This document shows, piece after piece, positions 7,648 to 19,907 of a stretch of 64,000 nt of DNA; the first letter of the stretch is position 1; each line of letters begins with the position of its first letter. A program made the translations under genes and the position numbers. The stretch is from contig CBDCKN010000015.1 in the NCBI GenBank assembly GCA_965218295.1, positions 320,001 through 384,000 of the forward strand, written 5' to 3'. The notes below the pieces were generated by a model. That model saw only the letters and a program-made list of their open reading frames with translations. It did no database searches and was not told the origin of the DNA. This DNA is from Longimicrobiales bacterium (GTDB lineage: Bacteria > Gemmatimonadota > Gemmatimonadetes > Longimicrobiales > Gaopeijiaceae).

Positions 7648-8940
7648 CTAGGCGATATTCCGCCGCTTCCGCCGCATGAAGTCCATCATGATGTACTGCC
7701 CGAGGGTCTGGGTCGAAGTGAAATACGCCTTCCCCCGGGCGATCTCGGACACCTTCTGGATGAACTGCACGAGGTACGGGTCCTGGGCCAGCATAAACGT
7801 GTTGATCAGGATCCCGGCCCGGCGGCACGCCGAGACCTCGCGGAACGTCTCCCGTAGGATATGCTGGTCCATTCCGCCGGAGTTCTTGTAGATCTGCCCG
7901 TCGGGCATTGTGATGGCGCTGGGCTTCCCGTCGGTGATCATGATGATCTGGCGCATGTCCTTCTTCTGCGCCTTCAAGATGTTCCGAGCCAGCAGCAGCC
8001 CTCCGGCCGTATTGGTGTGGAAGGGGCCCACCTGGGCCTTGGCCAGCTGGCTCAGGGGAATCTCCTCGGCCACGTCTCCGAAGGTGACCACGGTCAAGGA
8101 GTCACCCGGGAACTGCGTGCGGATGAGGTGGGAGAGGGCCAGCGCCACCCGCTTGGCCGGCGTGAAGCGATCCTCGCCGTAGAGGATCATGGAGTGGGAG
8201 ATGTCCAGCATGAGCACCGTGGCGCACGACGACCGATACTCGGCCTGATGCACCATGAGGTCCTCGTACTCCAGGTTGAGCGGCACGCCAATTCCCTCCC
8301 GCTCGATGGCGCTCTTCAGCGTGGCCGGCACGTCGAGGTTGAGGGTGTCGCCGAACTCGTAGGGCTTGCTCGAAGCGTCCGCCTCCACACCCGTGGCGAG
8401 GTGAGGCGTCTCGTGAGAACCGAGACTGGACTGACCCAGCGCCGAGAGGAGATTCCTTAGCGCTCGGTATCCCAGGAAGTCCATCCCCTTTTGCGTGAGG
8501 TTGAACTGCACGTGCTGGGCCGCCTCGCGCGCCTCGTCGACCTCCCCCATTCCAGTGACGTCCTGCACCGTTCCCGGCATGGTCGGGGCCCCGTCCTCCA
8601 GCGTAATGTATCCCTCCTCCACCATGCGCTGGGTGAGGTCGTCCAGAAGATCCGCGATCTGCTGCTGAACGGCTTCGTCGCCCTCGCCATCACCCCGGAG
8701 CTCGTTGATCATCTCGGGCGTGAGCTGGCCACTCTCCATGAGCGCCTTCAGAAGCGCGTTCTTGAGCGACTCCATGGAGTCGGTGTCCTCGAGCCCGGAC
8801 CATCCCCAATAGGGATGGTAGTTGGGTCCACCCGCGAACCCCCCGCTCAACAAGAAGTCCGACAGGAACTCCATGAGGTTCTCGAGGTTCAGGGCGTCGA
8901 GCCAGCGGCCCCGATACTTGGTGTAGGTCGTGAAACGCAT
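7648..8940 (-). CDS. VWA (MIDAS) domain protein, probable partner of the chelatase-like AAA ATPase
   Basis: LDISHSM (DxSxS), HTNT, MITDGKP; start at MRFTTY. Confidence 0.88.
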   Translation of the reverse strand: MRFTTYTKYRGRWLDALNLENLMEFLSDFLLSGGFAGGPNYHPYWGWSGLEDTDSMESLKNALLKALMESGQLTPEMINELRGDGEGDEAVQQQIADLLDDLTQRMVEEGYITLEDGAPTMPGTVQDVTGMGEVDEAREAAQHVQFNLTQKGMDFLGYRALRNLLSALGQSSLGSHETPHLATGVEADASSKPYEFGDTLNLDVPATLKSAIEREGIGVPLNLEYEDLMVHQAEYRSSCATVLMLDISHSMILYGEDRFTPAKRVALALSHLIRTQFPGDSLTVVTFGDVAEEIPLSQLAKAQVGPFHTNTAGGLLLARNILKAQKKDMRQIIMITDGKPSAITMPDGQIYKNSGGMDQHILRETFREVSACRRAGILINTFMLAQDPYLVQFIQKVSEIARGKAYFTSTQTLGQYIMMDFMRRKRRNIA

Positions 8941-9071
8941 AGTCACCGACGGCGAGAGAAGCCTCCTACCCTCCATCAAGAATAGTGGAGGGATGATCGG
9001 CCGGCCAACGAGCCGCGGGATTCGGCTCACCACCGTGGCTGGCTCATGGGAGCCTGCTTACGTTACCCGCC

Positions 9072-10214
9072 ATGAGCACAATGCCCGACCTCGCATCCAT
9101 GCGCCGTCAGCTGCTCAAGCACTTCGACGCTCATCGGCGGGAACTGCCGTGGAGGGAGAGCAGGGACCCGTACCGGGTGTGGGTCTCGGAGATCATGCTG
9201 CAGCAGACGCGCGTGGAGACTGCAGCTCCGTACTACCTGCGCTGGATGGAGCGCTTCCCGTCCGTGACGGAGCTGGCGGAGGCGGATGAGGAAGCCGTGC
9301 TGAAGGCCTGGGAAGGCCTGGGATACTACTCCCGAGCTCGTAACCTTCATCGCTCTGCGCTCATCGTGAGGGAGCACCTGAACGGTGTGCTTCCGGACAA
9401 CGCCTGCGGCCTGCGGGAGCTTCCAGGCATCGGTGAGTACAGCGCCGGCGCCATCGCCAGCATCGCCTACGGCGAGGCGAGGCCGGCCGTGGACGGCAAC
9501 GCCCGGCGTGTGATCTCCCGCCTCTTCGATCTGGCCAAGCCCTCGGCCGCCGAGCTTCGAGAGAGGGCTAAGGAGATCCTCGACGGGCGCCGACCGGGCG
9601 ACTGGAATCAGGCGATAATGGAGCTGGGCGCCACTATCTGTCTTCCCCGGTCACCACTTTGTCAGGAGTGCCCCATCGCGGAGCACTGCCGGGCCCGGGC
9701 ATTGGGGACGCAGGAGGTGAGGCCCCTGGCGAAGCAGCGGCCCCGCGTGCGAGGGGTGTCGTTCGCGGTGCTGGTGGCCGCGAGCGGCGCAGGGGAGCTT
9801 CTTCTGACGAGGCGGCCGTCGGACGGACTCCTGGGTGGGCTCTGGGAATTCCCATCGGTGGAGCTCGAGGTCCCCGACGACCTGGAGGAGGCCTGCCGAA
9901 GGGTGGCGGACACCTGGAGCGTCGCCCTGCCGCCGCCGGGGCCGCAGTGGAGGCCTCTCCAACACGTGAGACATGTCTTCAGCCATCTGAAAGCCGTGTA
10001 CCGACCCGTGCTCGTGTGCGACACATCCGGGGGCCCGGCGGGTGAAGTCCATGAGAGTCCGGGTGGTGAGACCGGGGCCGCCGATCGCCCGTGGCGCTGG
10101 GCCAAGCCCCACCAGATATCGACGCTGCCGATACCGGTGGCGCAGAGGAAAGTCCTCGGGCTGGCCCTTGGGGAGCTGGCCGGGCTGCGCGCGGAGTCCA
10201 GCGCTACGCGCTGA
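9072..10214 (+). CDS. mutY: A/G-specific adenine glycosylase
   Basis: LPWR, VWVSEIMLQQT, WEGLGYYSRARNL, LPGIGEY, VDGN, CLPRSPLCQECPIAEHC, GLWEFP. Confidence 0.96.
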   Translation: MSTMPDLASMRRQLLKHFDAHRRELPWRESRDPYRVWVSEIMLQQTRVETAAPYYLRWMERFPSVTELAEADEEAVLKAWEGLGYYSRARNLHRSALIVREHLNGVLPDNACGLRELPGIGEYSAGAIASIAYGEARPAVDGNARRVISRLFDLAKPSAAELRERAKEILDGRRPGDWNQAIMELGATICLPRSPLCQECPIAEHCRARALGTQEVRPLAKQRPRVRGVSFAVLVAASGAGELLLTRRPSDGLLGGLWEFPSVELEVPDDLEEACRRVADTWSVALPPPGPQWRPLQHVRHVFSHLKAVYRPVLVCDTSGGPAGEVHESPGGETGAADRPWRWAKPHQISTLPIPVAQRKVLGLALGELAGLRAESSATR

Positions 10215-11673
10215 TGCCTCCAAAGGGATCGAAGCCCTTATAGCCCTTTCCGGGAGAAGGTTCGTGGCGAGCCCGCACGTAGCGGCCGCTCATGGAGCGG
10301 CTGATCCGCCTCTCCGCCACCAGAGCCTCGAGGACGAGCTCACAGGCCCCGGCCCGGCATCCGTCGGAGCAGGACTTCGGCGCCAGTCCGACGTGCTCCA
10401 CGAGCTGGAGGAGGCTGGGCACCAGCTCGAATCCCTGAACGCATGCCTCCGCCGAGCTGTCGGCGCCCACCTGTAGCGCACCTCCCATTTCGAAGTACTC
10501 GACGATCTCCTCGACGTCCGCCCCGCCGGCCCTGGCCTGGAAGACCTCGTTGGCCGCCGCGCTGATAAGCTCTTGGGCGATGCGGTCCGAGCCGTGCAGC
10601 TCACCCTCGTACTCGAGCTCCAGCTTTCCGGTGATGGCCGGGAGGGATCCGTAGATGTCGCCGAGACGTGGCACGGCCCTCTCCTCCTTCAGCGTGAGCG
10701 CCCTCCGCTCGGCTGAGGAGACCACGCTCTCCAGCACGGCGATGGGCATGCGCTGGCTCACGCCGGAGCGCTGGTCGATCCGCTTGTCCTTCCGCCCGAG
10801 GAAGGCGATCCGCTCCACGACCTCGGCGACGAAGTCGGGAACCTCGATCTCGACGCAGCTCCGATCGAGCCAGGCTTCCTGATTGGTGATGTCCATGCCC
10901 ACCGACACTTCGAGGGGATAGTGGGTCTGGATCTCCGCACCGATGCGGTCCTTCAGGGGCGTGATGATCTTCCCGCGCGCCGTATAGTCCTCCGGGTTGG
11001 CGGTGAACACCAGGAAGACGTCCAGGGGCAGGCGAACGGGATAGCCCTTCACCTGCACGTCACCCTCCTGGAGGATGTTGAAGAGCCCCACCTGGATCTT
11101 TCCTGCCAGATCCGGCAGCTCGTTGAGCGCGAAGATTCCCCGATTGGCTCTCGGAAGGAGCCCGTAGTGGATGGTCAGCTCGTCGGCCAGGATGTGACCG
11201 CCGCGCGCGGCCTTGATGGGATCAACGTCTCCGATGATGTCTGCGATAGTCACGTCGGGGGTGGCGAGCTTCTCTACGAAGCGGGAGTCACGGGTGACCC
11301 ACGCCACCGGAGCGCCCTCCCCCTCGGTTTCGAGCAGGATGCGCGCGTACTTGGAGATGGGCCGGAGCGGATCGTCGTTGATCTCGCTACCCTCGAGGAT
11401 CGGCATCTCGGGATCCAGGAGGTCAACGAGCTGCCTGAGGATGCGGCTCTTTGCCTGGCCACGGAGACCGAGGAGGATGAAGTCGTGCCGGGCCAGGATC
11501 GCGTTCACGATCTGGGGCACCACACTGTCGTCGAAGCCGATGATGCCCGGGAAGAGCGGCTCTCCGGCCTGGAGCTTCGCGATGAGGTTGCGTCGTAGCT
11601 CGTCCTTCACGCTGCGGGGCTCGTAGCCCGCCGCTTTCAACTCTCCGACGGTATGGGGTCGGCTCGATGTCAT
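10204..11673 (-). CDS. Magnesium chelatase ChlI-like AAA+ ATPase
   Basis: GLRGQAKS, EKLATPD, RANRGIFALNELPDL, TANPEDYT, LKDRIG. Confidence 0.88.
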   Translation of the reverse strand: MTSSRPHTVGELKAAGYEPRSVKDELRRNLIAKLQAGEPLFPGIIGFDDSVVPQIVNAILARHDFILLGLRGQAKSRILRQLVDLLDPEMPILEGSEINDDPLRPISKYARILLETEGEGAPVAWVTRDSRFVEKLATPDVTIADIIGDVDPIKAARGGHILADELTIHYGLLPRANRGIFALNELPDLAGKIQVGLFNILQEGDVQVKGYPVRLPLDVFLVFTANPEDYTARGKIITPLKDRIGAEIQTHYPLEVSVGMDITNQEAWLDRSCVEIEVPDFVAEVVERIAFLGRKDKRIDQRSGVSQRMPIAVLESVVSSAERRALTLKEERAVPRLGDIYGSLPAITGKLELEYEGELHGSDRIAQELISAAANEVFQARAGGADVEEIVEYFEMGGALQVGADSSAEACVQGFELVPSLLQLVEHVGLAPKSCSDGCRAGACELVLEALVAERRISRSMSGRYVRARHEPSPGKGYKGFDPFGGISA

Positions 11674-11753
11674 TCCAGGTTCTCGTCCGTGGATAGCGTT
11701 GTGAGACGGAGGACCCGTACGTTCGATGCGGCGTCGAGTCGGAATCGCTAACA

Positions 11754-11779
11754 TAGTGTCCCGCTACCGAAGTGTCTCG
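11754..11779. repeat. Isolated left end of MITE-like element
   Basis: tagtgtcccgctaccgaagtgtctcg matches 13589-13614 with 2 mismatches. Confidence 0.75.
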
Positions 11780-11871
11780 TGAGCGGTTGGATACACCGGG
11801 GTCGATTCAACGGATCCCGAGACAACAATGGCCGTCCGAACCGGCCGGTCAGACCGAGAGAAGGAGCCAGC

Positions 11872-13554
11872 ATGTCCGATCGGAGCCAGCTCACGGGGCC
11901 GGTGCGGCCGGCGAAGTACCAACCTGCTCTACCCGGAGATCAGCTGATCCTACGGGAAGCGCCCGACTCCGAGGCTGTCCCCATGGACGTCATTTTCGTC
12001 GGCGGGGGGCCTGCAGGGCTCGCCGGGGCTATCGAGCTGGCCCGTCTCGTGGAGAGGGACAAGAACGAAGGCGGGGGGCTCGGCGACGTCGAGATCGGAG
12101 TGCTGGAAAAGGCCGGCCAGTTGGGCGAGCATTCCCTTTCGGGATCGGTGGTGAACCCGCGTGCCTTTCGGGAGCTCTTTCCGGAGCTCGAGATGAGCGA
12201 GCTCCCCCTGAGGGGACCGGTCACCAAGGAGTCGGTCTATTTCCTCACAGAGAGCAGGTCCGTGCGGATACCCACACCTCCCACGATGAAGAACCACGGG
12301 AACCAGGTGGCGTCGCTCTGTGAGATCGTTCGCTGGCTCGGCGAGAAGGCTGAAGGGTTGGGAGTGAACGTCTTTACCGGCTTCGCCGTGGGCGGATTGC
12401 TCGTGGAGGGGGACCAGGTCATCGGTGTGCGCACGACGGCCTCGGGACTGGATCGGGACGGACAGCCCGGGGGTAGCGACTACATGCCTCCCATGGACCT
12501 GACTGCGCAGGTCACCGTTCTCGCGGAGGGCACACGGGGGCCCCTGACGCAGGCGTTCCTGGAGTGGCAGGAGATCGGGGCCGAGAATCCCCAGATTTAT
12601 GCCCTGGGGGTGAAGGAGCTGTGGGAGACGAAGAAGCCCCTCGACCGGGTGATCCATACCATGGGTTGGCCGCTTCCGGGCGACGCCTTCGGGGGCAGCT
12701 TCATGTATCCCCTGGAGGACAACCTGGTCTCGCTCGGGTTGGTGGTCGGTCTCGACTACCGGGATGCGCGCTTCGATGTCCACGGGGTCTTTCAGCGCAT
12801 GAAGCTACACCCGCTCTTCAAGCCCTACCTGGAGGGTGGGGAGATGGTGGAGTGGGGGGCGAAGACCATTCCCGAAGGCGGATACTACTCGGTGCCGTCC
12901 CAGCGACACGGTGCGGGCGTCTGCATCGTCGGCGACTCCGCAGGGTACGTCGATGTGCCGTCACTGAAGGGGATCCACTACGCCATGGACTCGGGCATGC
13001 TCGCTGCCCGGGCCATCTTCAAGGCGCTCAAAGAGGGGGACGTGTCGGAGAACGGGCTCCGCTCCTACACCGACTCCATCGACGCCAGCTACGTCATGAA
13101 GGATCTCCGGAGGACACGGAACCTCCGCCTCGCCTTCAAGAAGGGCTTCTTCGGCGGCGTGATGCGAGCCGGCCTCATGACCGTCTCCGGCGGTGCGCTC
13201 CTGGGTGGCAAGATCACGGTCTCCGAAGACATCGGCGAGGCTCGTGTCCTCGGCAACGGGGGTCCGGGAGTACAGCCGGACGGGAAGCTCACCTTCAGCA
13301 AGGTCGACGCGGTCTACAAGGCGGGGAACCAGACCCGCGACGACATCCCGAGCCATCTGATCGTCGGTCGCGAGGTGAGCCCCGAAGCAGCCGAGATGTA
13401 CGTGCACATGTGCCCTGCGGGCGTCTACGAGCGGGACGGCGACGAGCTTCGGGTGAACGCCCCCAACTGCGTCGACTGCAAGGCCACCGATGTGCTTGGT
13501 CCCCGATGGACCGCTCGTGAGGGGGGGAGCGGTCCGGCCTACAGGCGGATGTAG
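11872..13554 (+). CDS. Electron transfer flavoprotein-quinone oxidoreductase (ETF-QO/FixC-FixX-like)
   Basis: VGGGPAGLAGA, HSLSG, YALGVKELW, GAKTIPEGG, KGIHYAM, C-terminal CPAGVY...NCVDC; AAGGAG before ATG 11872. Confidence 0.92.
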   Translation: MSDRSQLTGPVRPAKYQPALPGDQLILREAPDSEAVPMDVIFVGGGPAGLAGAIELARLVERDKNEGGGLGDVEIGVLEKAGQLGEHSLSGSVVNPRAFRELFPELEMSELPLRGPVTKESVYFLTESRSVRIPTPPTMKNHGNQVASLCEIVRWLGEKAEGLGVNVFTGFAVGGLLVEGDQVIGVRTTASGLDRDGQPGGSDYMPPMDLTAQVTVLAEGTRGPLTQAFLEWQEIGAENPQIYALGVKELWETKKPLDRVIHTMGWPLPGDAFGGSFMYPLEDNLVSLGLVVGLDYRDARFDVHGVFQRMKLHPLFKPYLEGGEMVEWGAKTIPEGGYYSVPSQRHGAGVCIVGDSAGYVDVPSLKGIHYAMDSGMLAARAIFKALKEGDVSENGLRSYTDSIDASYVMKDLRRTRNLRLAFKKGFFGGVMRAGLMTVSGGALLGGKITVSEDIGEARVLGNGGPGVQPDGKLTFSKVDAVYKAGNQTRDDIPSHLIVGREVSPEAAEMYVHMCPAGVYERDGDELRVNAPNCVDCKATDVLGPRWTAREGGSGPAYRRM

Positions 13555-13587
13555 CGTCGGTCGGAGTCCACGACTTCAGCTCGGGTC

Positions 13588-13755
13588 CTAGTGTCCCGTT
13601 ACCAAAGTGTCTCGGCCAGTCGAGGGCACGGTGCATCCGTGGGCTCGGCGTTGAGACTCCTTACCGTAGCTTGCGCTACGCCGCGTCGTCCCGCCTTGAT
13701 CCCACGGCGCCCCGACCCTCTTGGTGGCTCGCGAACTTCGGCAACGGAACACTAG
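13588..13755. mobile_element. MITE-like non-autonomous element, 168 bp, CTAG-bounded with imperfect terminal inverted repeats
   Basis: CTAGTGTCCCGTTACCAAAGT ... ACTTCGGCAACGGAACACTAG; internal inverted segments (gaggg/ccctc, ccgtggg/cccacgg, cgtagc/gctacg); ends recur at 11754 and 62071. Confidence 0.72.
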
Positions 13756-14609
13756 ATGATCTCCGGGATCCTCAGACCAATCCCGTCACGGGTACGGATC
13801 AGACGGGGCAGTACGCTCGGTATGGAGCGCCGGCGGAACTCCTTCAGGATCTCGGACGTGGTGCCAAAATCCGTCAGCGACTCCAGCGTCTTGATGGTGG
13901 GGAACACCATGGGAAGAGAGCCCTCTGCGGTCCTCTTCAGCGCCCCCGCAGGGGTGATCCAGATCGCTTCCAGCATCTCGGCGGTGTGGATGGCGGGCTC
14001 CGACCCGGGCGCCACCGCCGCAGCGAAGAAGCGCGCGTCGTAGCGCCGGGGCTCGGCTATCGGAGTGATCCAGTGGCCGATGTACTCCATGACCGCGTCG
14101 TCGATGAGCACATCGAGATCCTCCAGAGCCTGCGCGAAGGAGCATGCCCCATCCAGGAGGCGGTCCCGGACCTCGCGAACGCTCGAGGAGGAGGCGGCGG
14201 CGGTGGGCAACCGGTCGCCGCCGGCACTACGGCCCACCAGAATGCCGGTCTCCTCGAACGCCTCCCTGAGAGCAGCCAGGTAGTAGGCGGCGGCCGGTGG
14301 GCTGGCGTCGCGGAGTCCCATTCGCGCCGCCGCCCCTTCCATGCTGAGGCTCGCCGTCCGGCTCATGACGACGGGGTCCGCGTCCTCCGCGTCGACCCGT
14401 CCGCCGGGGAAGACGTACGCCCCCGGCACGAAGCCCGCGCTGTGGACACGCTTCAGGAGCAGGACTTCGACGCCCTCGTCCGCATCCCGCATGAGAACCA
14501 CCGTGGCCGCTGGACGGGCGGGAGCGGGGTTCGAAGGGGGATCGTCGATCCTCTCGGCGATCCCCCTCGGTAGTTGGTCCTCCGGAACAACAAAATCAGA
14601 ATCGTCCAT
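13752..14609 (-). CDS. NUDIX hydrolase (Nudt19-like)
   Basis: PAATVVLMRD, YVFPGGRVD, AALREAFEETG, HWITP...RRYDARFF. Confidence 0.88.
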   Translation of the reverse strand: MDDSDFVVPEDQLPRGIAERIDDPPSNPAPARPAATVVLMRDADEGVEVLLLKRVHSAGFVPGAYVFPGGRVDAEDADPVVMSRTASLSMEGAAARMGLRDASPPAAAYYLAALREAFEETGILVGRSAGGDRLPTAAASSSSVREVRDRLLDGACSFAQALEDLDVLIDDAVMEYIGHWITPIAEPRRYDARFFAAAVAPGSEPAIHTAEMLEAIWITPAGALKRTAEGSLPMVFPTIKTLESLTDFGTTSEILKEFRRRSIPSVLPRLIRTRDGIGLRIPEII

Positions 14610-16277
14610 TCAGCGACCGACGGCCATCCCGTCCTTTCTCGGGTCGGAGCCGGCGGCCCAGCCCTTGTCGAGCCTGATGATAGCCTGGGCTCCGCCGAAG
14701 CTCGAGGGACCCTCAACCGTGAGCTCGTGACCCAGCGCCGCGAGTCCGGCTCGGACCGCTTCGCCGATCGGGCTCTCGATGGCGACCTGGTATCCCGACC
14801 GATGGCGGAAGCGCGGGGCGTCGATGGCGTCCTGAAGGTCCATCCCGAACACGAGGATGTTGAGCAGCATCTGGGTGTGACCCTGGGGCTGCATCGATCC
14901 CCCCATGAGGCCGAAGGTCATCCAGGGAGCGCCCATCTTGGTGACGAAACCGGGAATCAGCGTGTGGAAGGGCCGTTTGCCGGGGCCAGCCTGGTTGGGG
15001 TGCCCGTCCTCCAGGGTGAAGCCGCCACCCCGGTTCTGGAGGACGAAGCCGGTGCCGGGGACGACGATCCCCGAGCCGAAGATGTCGAAGACGCTGTTGA
15101 TGAACGAGATCATGTTCCCGTCGCAGTCGGCGGCCGACAGGTAGATGGTTTCGGTGTCCGTGATTGCGGGGCCGGGCTGTACCCTCTCCACCGCTTTGTC
15201 GGGATCGATGAGGGCCCTGCGCGCGGCCAAGTAATCCTCGTCGAGGAGCCGCTCCACCGACACGTCCATATAGTCCCGGTCCGCCACGTACCGCTGCAGA
15301 TCCGCGAAGGCGAGCTTCTTGGCCTCGATGAGGTGGTGGAGGTAGGCGGCGGAGTTGTGGCCCATACCCTCGAGGTCCAAGGGCTCCATCATCTTCATCA
15401 TCTGGAGGGCCGCGACTCCCTGACCCGCTGGGGGAAGCTCCCAGATCGTGTACCCTCGGAAGTCGATCGAGATGGGATCGATCCAGACAGCCTGGTGCTT
15501 ACGGAGATCGTCCAGGGTCAGGTAACCACCGAGCTCTGCCAGGCCATCGACGACAGTGCGCCCCAGCTCTCCTCCGTAGAAGACACCCGGGCCCTGCTCG
15601 GCGAGCATGCGGAAGCTGTTCGCGAGGCCGGGATTGCGGAACCACTCACCCGCTTGCGGTCCTCGCTTGCCATCATACAGGAAGGTGGCCTTGGCTCCCT
15701 CGTTCCCGGCGAGCTTGTCCTCCTGGCCACGCCACTGCCCGGCGATGATGGGGGTTACCGGGTAGCCCTCCTCGGCGATCCGAATCGCCGGGGCCAGCAC
15801 CTCGGCCAGGGACATGGTGCCGTAGCGCTCCAGGAGCGCGACCCACCCCGATAAGGCCCCCGGAACGGTCACCGCCTCCGGCCCATCAACGGGCATCTGT
15901 TCGTACCCTCGGGCACGGAGAGCCTCGGGCGTCAGCAGCGAGCCGGACCTTCCGCTGGCATCCAGGCCCACGAGCTCCTGATCCTTGGCCGACCACAGGA
16001 TGGCGAACATGTCTCCGCCGATCCCGGTCATATGGGGCTCGGTCACGTTGAGGACGGCCGCGGCCGCCACTGCCGCGTCGACGGCGTTCCCACCCTTCTG
16101 GAGCATCTCCAGCCCGGCGCTGCTGGCGAGTGGCTGACTGGTGGCCACCGCCTCCCTCGGGGCGTAGACCGTGGATCGGCCCGCCAGGCTGGTCGGTGTC
16201 ACCTGTGCGTTCGCCGAGCTCGCCACGACCAGGACTGCGCTGAGCCCCATGTTGAGAATGGGTCCGGCACGGGACAT
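14610..16277 (-). CDS. ggt: Gamma-glutamyltransferase, exported
   Basis: GGNAVDAAVA, GIGGD, nucleophile ETIYLSAAD, PGKRPFHT, SDPRKDG; signal peptide. Confidence 0.93.
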   Translation of the reverse strand: MSRAGPILNMGLSAVLVVASSANAQVTPTSLAGRSTVYAPREAVATSQPLASSAGLEMLQKGGNAVDAAVAAAAVLNVTEPHMTGIGGDMFAILWSAKDQELVGLDASGRSGSLLTPEALRARGYEQMPVDGPEAVTVPGALSGWVALLERYGTMSLAEVLAPAIRIAEEGYPVTPIIAGQWRGQEDKLAGNEGAKATFLYDGKRGPQAGEWFRNPGLANSFRMLAEQGPGVFYGGELGRTVVDGLAELGGYLTLDDLRKHQAVWIDPISIDFRGYTIWELPPAGQGVAALQMMKMMEPLDLEGMGHNSAAYLHHLIEAKKLAFADLQRYVADRDYMDVSVERLLDEDYLAARRALIDPDKAVERVQPGPAITDTETIYLSAADCDGNMISFINSVFDIFGSGIVVPGTGFVLQNRGGGFTLEDGHPNQAGPGKRPFHTLIPGFVTKMGAPWMTFGLMGGSMQPQGHTQMLLNILVFGMDLQDAIDAPRFRHRSGYQVAIESPIGEAVRAGLAALGHELTVEGPSSFGGAQAIIRLDKGWAAGSDPRKDGMAVGR

Positions 16278-16322
16278 GTGGTTCCCTCCATGATCATGAC
16301 CCTGGGCGCGGAGTCCGATCTC

Positions 16323-16943
16323 TCAGCCTGACATGCCCGGCTCGAGGATCGCTACTTCCCCGTCGAAGAGCTCCTTCAGGCGCTCCGCGTCTTCTCGGGT
16401 GCCGACGGGGCCTCCCCAGTGCACGGGAATCACGAGCTCCGCCTTGCACGCCTCGGCGGCCCGGGCCGCGTCTTCGGGGCCCATCGTATAGTGGCCTTCA
16501 CAGGGGAGGAAGGCCACGTCGCACCGGATCTGGTTCATGGCGTCGAGGAAATCCGTATCGCCGGAGTGATAGTACGTAATGCCGTCCAGGGTGAACACGT
16601 ATCCCAGCCAGGCGTTCTCGGGGGGGTGGAACTTCTTCCCTCGGTTGTACGCCGGAACGGCCAGGATCTCGATGCTGTCCAGATGGATCATGTCGCCCGG
16701 CCGCATGAGGTGATCCACGTCGGCGAGCTGCTTTCGCATGGACGCAGGAGCGATGACGATGGTGTCGTGCCCACGGACCTGGGCGATGTCATCTTCGGAG
16801 AAGTTGTCGTAGTGGGGATGAGTGAGCAGGATGTAGTCCGCGACGCTCTCTTCCGATACTCCCCAGGGATCGACGTGCATCTCGATCCCGCCCCGGCGAA
16901 TCCGAACCGACGATTGCCTGAACCAGGTGATTCCTTCGAGCAT
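16323..16943 (-). CDS. MBL-fold metallo-hydrolase
   Basis: THPHYDN, YHSGDT, IPVHW. Confidence 0.85.
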   Translation of the reverse strand: MLEGITWFRQSSVRIRRGGIEMHVDPWGVSEESVADYILLTHPHYDNFSEDDIAQVRGHDTIVIAPASMRKQLADVDHLMRPGDMIHLDSIEILAVPAYNRGKKFHPPENAWLGYVFTLDGITYYHSGDTDFLDAMNQIRCDVAFLPCEGHYTMGPEDAARAAEACKAELVIPVHWGGPVGTREDAERLKELFDGEVAILEPGMSG

Positions 16944-17225
16944 TGCCGGACCCGGGGAGAGAAGCGTGACCAGAGGGGTGCGGGAAAGCTAAGCGCTGTG
17001 GTTGTGCCAAAAAAGGCCGACATTATGACAGGGGGACTGCAACTCCGGCACGTTTTTGCGCTCAGGGACTGGCAGGATTCGTGCAAGGGGGGTCAATTCT
17101 GGAACTAACTTGGCTCCGCGCCTTCCCGGAAGTGGTTCCGGAGAGGAGTCGGGGCGACATTTACTTACATGCCATACGGCCTCGGGCCTGTTCGAGGAGC
17201 CCGAGGGCGTTCGAAGTGAGGAATC

Positions 17226-19841
<2,616 letters not shown>

Positions 19842-19907
19842 GGCGCTGCCGACGTCCCGGCCTACGAAGGTCGCCCCGCTCGGGCGGCCCCGGGCCCCGA
19901 GGCCGGC

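Noticed and set aside
319..11673. Photosynthesis gene cluster (PCP_red domains plus chelatase-like ATPase)
   Set aside because: No bchN/B/L catalytic domains, bchH or puf genes; the AAA/VWA pair is of a type common in non-phototrophs
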